Below are positions 58,596 to 64,000 of a stretch of DNA of 64,000 bases, in pieces. The position numbers and the translations under genes are program-made. Origin of the DNA: the human T2T-CHM13v2.0 reference genome, Homo sapiens. Within the stretch, counting starts at the first letter, position 1. Every line of letters begins with the position of its first letter. The stretch is taken from NCBI RefSeq assembly GCF_009914755.1, contig NC_060928.1; one strand, written 5' to 3'. The notes under the pieces are model-generated. The model saw only the letters and a list, made by a program, of their open reading frames with translations, ran no database searches and was not told the origin of the DNA.

Positions 58596-59695
58596 ACACA
58601 TACCGCATCTTATTGCACTTCACTTCATTGTGCTACGAGACACTGTGTTTTATACGAATTGAAAGTTTGTGGCTAACCTGTGTTGAGCAAGTCTATTGAC
58701 TCGATTTTTTCCAATGGCAGGTGCTCATATCGTGTTTCTGTGTCACATTGTGGTAATTCTCACAATATTTCAAACATTTTCATTATTATTATATCACTTA
58801 TGGTGATCTGTGTTTAGTGATTTTTGACGTTACTATTGCAATTGTTTTGGAGCACCTCTAAATGTGTCCATATAGAACAGCGAACTGAATAAATGTGTGT
58901 GGTCTGACTGTTCCGCTGACTGGAGTTTCCCTCTCTCTCTCCCGCTCCTTGGGTCTCCCTATTCCCCAAGACAACAATATTGAAATTAAGGCAATTAATA
59001 ATGCTACAATGGCTTCTAGGTGTTCAAGTGAAAGGAAGAGTCACACATTTCTAACTTTAATTCAAACCTAGAAAGGATTAAGCCTAGGGAGAAAGGCATA
59101 TCCAAAGCTGAGATAGGCAGGAAGCTAGGCTTCTCAGGCCAGTTAGCCAAATTGTGAATCCAAATAAAATTTCTTGAAGGATATTAAAAGTGATATTCCA
59201 GTGAACACATGAATGATATGAAAGCGAAACTGTCTTTTTGCTAATATGAAGAGAGTTCGAATGGTCCGGATAGAAGATCAAGCCAGCCACAGCATTCCCT
59301 TAAGCCAAAACCTAATCCACAGCAAGGCCCTAACTCTCTTCAAATCTATGAAGCCTGAGAGAGGTCAGGAAGCTGCGGAAGAAAAGTCTGAAGCTAACAG
59401 AGTTTGCCTCATGAGGTTTAAGGAAAGAAGATTTCTCCATAATCTAAAAGTGCAAGGTGAAGCAGCAAGTGCTGATGGAGAAGCTGTAGCAAGTTATTCA
59501 GAAGATCTAGGTAAGATCATTGATGAAGGTGACTACACTAAACAACAGATTTTTGATGTAAACAAAACAACTTTTTCTTGAAAGAAAATGCCACCTTGGA
59601 GTTTCACAGCTAGAGAGAAGTCAATGCCTGGCTTCAAACTTCAAAGGACAGGCTGATTCCCATTTGGGGCTAATGCAGCTGGTGACTTTAAATGA
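58596..59695 (+). mobile_element. Tigger1 5' half with transposase remnant
   Basis: ATG at 59009 (MASRCSSERKS). ORF 59246..59581 ([22 protein letters not shown]..) matches the Tigger1/TIGD1-type CENP-B HTH region. Contains stops and is truncated. Confidence 0.93.
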
Positions 59696-62089
59696 AAGGG
59701 AAAAGTCCAGATGAAAACAATGAGATTCCAAATTTTACCTATGAAAACAGAAAGCTTTTTAAATTCTGAAAGGTATTGTTTGGTTGATACCCTCATAGAC
59801 TGGTGAAGACTCCATATTAATAAAGCAAATTTGACAAATTTTATGTAACTCTTCTTAAAAATGCATATCTTGTGACTTTGTAACTCTATTTCTAGAAATG
59901 TATCTTTAAAAAATACAGATTTCATGAATAATAACATGCATAAAAAACCTGTAAACATAAACATAAAAAAATCTGTTTGTCCTAAAAGGTATTTGTCGTT
60001 GCTACGTATATCATTGTGAGTAACGGAAAGCAGTATGAAAGTACAAAAAGGTGAATGGTTGAGTAATTTCAGCTGTGTCTTCTCCTTGGTTATGTAGTCT
60101 TTAAAATTATGTCTATAAAATACTTCAAGAGAATATGGAGAATATGAAAATGTTCTTATTTAATAATTATTAGATATAAGTGGGATAAACAAAATATGAA
60201 AAGATTTACTAAACTTTACTATTGGAGGATTGCAGATAACTTGAATTTAATTTGTACACTACTACCAACATTTTCTCCTTAAGCTAGAATCAGTTCCTTA
60301 GGAATAAAAAAAGCAAATAAAACCTACATTAATTCTTTCAAAAAAAAGTCAAGAAGAAGGGAAATTACTAGCTTTAATGAAAAAATGAAGAATGTGGCTC
60401 TTTTTAATTCTAAATATGAGTGATTATCAATAAGAAGCAAATAGGGGAATGTCCATATGATACAAAATAATTATAGAAGAAATACATCCTGAAGATCTGC
60501 TATATTCAGGGGATACATCCTTCTCCTGTAAGCCTCTAAATCACATATATTGAGAAATAGTATTTTTGCCACAGTAGGTTTTTCTAGTGAAATTTAATGT
60601 TCTTTTGAAAAAACTGAATGTAATTCCTCAAAAGGGTCTAAAAGTCAAATTTAAATGTTCTAACACTTTACTTTTAATTCTATTTACATGAGACTTGAAG
60701 TGTGAAAGAAACGCTTTTTAAAAAATATTTGCTTCATTTTGTTTCACACAATTTCAATAAATTAGTACATAATCCAATGAACACAGTGCTGTTAATATTT
60801 TATGTTAAAATATCCTTTGCATCAAAATCAAAATAGATTTAATTAGGAAAGGAATCAAAGAAGTGTTAACATCATTATTTTTGTCAATTGTCTCATATAA
60901 AAATCAATGGGAATTAGTTTAAAAAGAAGCATAATATTTAATTAATTACACTAAATTCGAGCTGAGCAGATATAATGGAGCATTTCCTTTACAGAAAAAA
61001 AAATTGTAGCAGTTAAACTTGGCATTTATATCTACAGTTTTCAACTGTTTCAGGTACTTCCGCATTTTGCAGGCTCTTACTACATTGGTTTTAATATTTA
61101 CATTAAAAAACAGAAGAGCAATCACATTTAAAAATTAATGAGAATCTTCTCACCAATTATTTTATAATGTCACCAAAATTTTTAATTAGAAATGACCTTA
61201 GAGGTCACAAAATGAGACTGAAAAACTAAGGTTAAATTATTGGTCAAAAGCTACGTTGCAAATTAGAATCCAAGATGGGGCTGAAATTTAGACTCTTCAT
61301 ACTGTGTTCCATCTATAAATCCAGTAATGTAAATTTTTATAAGAGAAAATAGCATGATTTTCCTAGTTTGATTGGTAATCATAGAATTTTCCAGAACTGT
61401 GCAGTGCCTATATGTATATCTTTCATATCATTTGTTGAAGTGAGCTGAAGTAAACTACTCTAAATGCTGTTTTAGTATTCAGAATTATTTTTAAATTACA
61501 TAATGAAAGCAATGCCCTTGATTTCAATATACATGAGGAAGAAATAGAGGTGTTCAATTCCTACAGCATCAGTAAAATAATATCAGTCCTAGAAGTAATT
61601 TAGGAAAATAATATAAATATATTATAAAAGAAACATTGCCAATATATAGAAATGAAAATTGGCTTCTCACATTACTAGCCTCTTTGGTAAACAGTGGCAT
61701 GTTCCTTTGCAATATTTTATTTGCAGAAAATATGTATGCCTACATGCTATTATGTTATTTCATCATTTAAAAATATCATTTTAACATTAATTTTTAATCT
61801 AGGATATTAATGATATTTCTTCATTTTGCTAATGAAAAGCAAGTTGTAATTCACCACTATGAATGATATTTGTGGACTGGATTAAGCTATCATCTTTCTA
61901 TGAATAACTGGTCAGTATATATAAAATTACATGCGATGTCTACACATATATTGACTGAAGTAAATAATGAAAATTACATATTATCAAAAGCATCCAAACA
62001 GTTTACGCTTGACTGTTTATATAATATTTATTGTCTGAATAAAAATATAAATCAAATCTCTCTCACTGAGAATATATAGATAGATATTT

Positions 62090-62340
62090 TACCAGGTGGT
62101 TAAATGTTAGGGCATTGAAAAAAAACTGTATTACTGGATTTGAGTCCTAGTTTTGCTATTACTGACTCTGTGACATTTCCAAGTCAATTAATTTATCAAA
62201 GTTTTTGTTTCCTCATTCAAAAAATGGGAATTATAACAGTACCTACATTAGGAGGCTGTTGTAAAGTTTCAATGCAATAACACTTAGCAACATTACTGGC
62301 ATAAAGTAAATTTTTGCTAAATTTTACCAGCTATATTACA
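62090..62340 (+). mobile_element. MIR SINE
   Basis: Core gtttcctcattcaaaaaatgggaattataacagtacctac. Confidence 0.8.
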
Positions 62341-63008
62341 TAAACGATATTCACATAAAATTTCTATATGACAACGGTAGGCAAATGGTATTGGCTAGAA
62401 AACTTTAAAAAGTTACTAACTTCTACATAATGGAAAGGGCAATTAAAAAATAAATACAGCTAACTTCATGTTTCATGAAGTGACAAAATAAAAATTTAAG
62501 TGTCATAGTTCACTTGGCTTAATTTGTTTATTCACACTTTGTTCATTCTTCTCTGCTTACCTCAGACACAGTAATCTAAAATTTATCTATATTTTAAATT
62601 TGTTTTTCTACAATGTTTCCAGCATCCTCCCCAAGTGTACCTCTTGTATTATCTATCCTATTCTCTGGCACCATTGTATCCTCCACCATCCTGTGCCCCA
62701 CGTGGGACAGATACCACCAAATAGCCACCTCACTCTGCCTGGCTGCAGCCTTCTTTACCCAGACTCAGCAAACTTCTCAACACGGGCAGCAGGATCAACT
62801 GAGTGGAAACTGCCATTCCTATCTTAGCCAGGATATGTCATCTCCCTTCATTTAAAAAAATAACATACATTAGTAGTTCTCACTTAAAATAGCAATACTT
62901 CATATAGAATGACAATAAAATTGTTAGCTGTTTTGACAAGTAAAATTAGTCGTAATTCTACTGCAGTTTGATAGCTAATTTTGAATGCATATAATAATAA
63001 TTAACATG

Positions 63009-63590
63009 GTTGAACTAATTTACACTCCCACCAACTGGGTATATGCCCAAAAGATGATAAATCATTCTATCATAAAGACACATGCACACATATGCTTACT
63101 GCAGCACTACAATAGCAAAGACTTGGAATCAACCCAAATGTCTACCAATGATAGACTGGATAAAGAAAATGTGGCACCTATACACCATGGAACACTATGC
63201 AGCCATAAAAAAAGAATGAGATCATGTCCTTTGCAGGGACATGGATGAAACTGGAAGCCATCACTCTTGCCAAACTAACACAGGGACAGAAAACCTAACA
63301 CCACATGTTCTCACTCATAAGTGGGAGTTGAACAGTGAGAACACATGGACACAGGGAAGGGAACATCACACACACTGGGGCCTGTCAGGGGGTTGGGGGG
63401 AAGGGGAGGGATAGCATTAGGAGAAATACCTAATGCATGCTGGGCTTAAAACCTAGATGATAGGTTGATAGGTGCAGCAAACCACCATGGCACATGTATA
63501 CCTATGTAACAAACCTGCACGTTCTGCACATGTGTCCCAGAACTTAAAGTAAAAAAAAAAAAAAAAGAAAGAAAACCTTAAAAAAAAGTA
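63009..63590 (+). mobile_element. 5'-truncated L1PA7/8-like with a short 5' inversion
   Basis: L1 3'UTR with poly-A. 63009-63035 is antisense L1. TSD ataattaacatg. Confidence 0.92.
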
Positions 63591-64000
63591 AATAATTAAC
63601 ATGAATATTGAAGACCTTTATTAAAATAGGCTTCATTTATCAAAATTTGGGGATAGAAAAAGGTAAAGCAGTGTTTTTGTAGAAATTTTTCCATAGAACA
63701 CAGTTACGGTTGTTGCTTTTCATAAAGGAAGAATAAAACAGATAGAGTACTGTGGTTTAAGATGTACGCTTAATCAGAGATCACTTTGTGCTGGTCCGAA
63801 AGACTGGGCAGAAAAATATTTTGCTTTATATTACCCAAGTGTAATTGCCAAGGGAAACAATGCATTAGAATGCATTCCCCCAAATGGATGTTAGGAAGAA
63901 AAGGGGCTATGAGAATAAAGTCACCATGTTTGAGGCACCATCCTAGGAGGAAATGGGTCACGTTGGTGGGATTCACCGGCTGCTGGGAAGGAGTGCAGGC

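Noticed and set aside
59009-59695. Domesticated TIGD1-like transposase gene
   Set aside because: It has an early stop/frameshift and is truncated before the end of the DDE domain, so it is an ordinary Tigger1 fossil.
61195-61207. TGACCTtagAGGTCA palindrome as an estrogen response element
   Set aside because: The half-sites are everted relative to an ERE, and the motif lies in probable MIR-like sequence.

Overview
This is AT-rich primate (catarrhine, probably human or ape) non-coding DNA, either intergenic or deep intronic, and it is dominated by transposable elements. No intact cellular protein-coding gene, RNA gene or CRISPR array is supported. Nearly all tracked ORFs are TE-derived or chance ORFs. 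The main landmarks are the 5' 3.4 kb of a minus-strand L1PA, about 10 Alus, many MaLR/ERV LTRs and Tigger/Charlie DNA transposons. At 34.7-47.2 kb there is a dense LTR cluster in which a 6.37-kb HERV-H provirus (LTR7, His-tRNA PBS, 5-bp TSD) sits inside an ERV1 LTR, inside THE1D, next to or inside MLT2A. An independent solo LTR7 follows 765 bp downstream. The most notable fine-scale observations are a 33-bp-arm hairpin at 7791-7867, a 16-nt inverted copy of the neighbouring MSTA LTR inside an Alu, a trimeric Alu, two twin-primed L1s, and a speculative chain of + strand exon candidates downstream of the L1 antisense promoter. I found no evidence for a novel protein-based system. Repeat subfamily names were recalled from memory and need RepeatMasker/Dfam confirmation.
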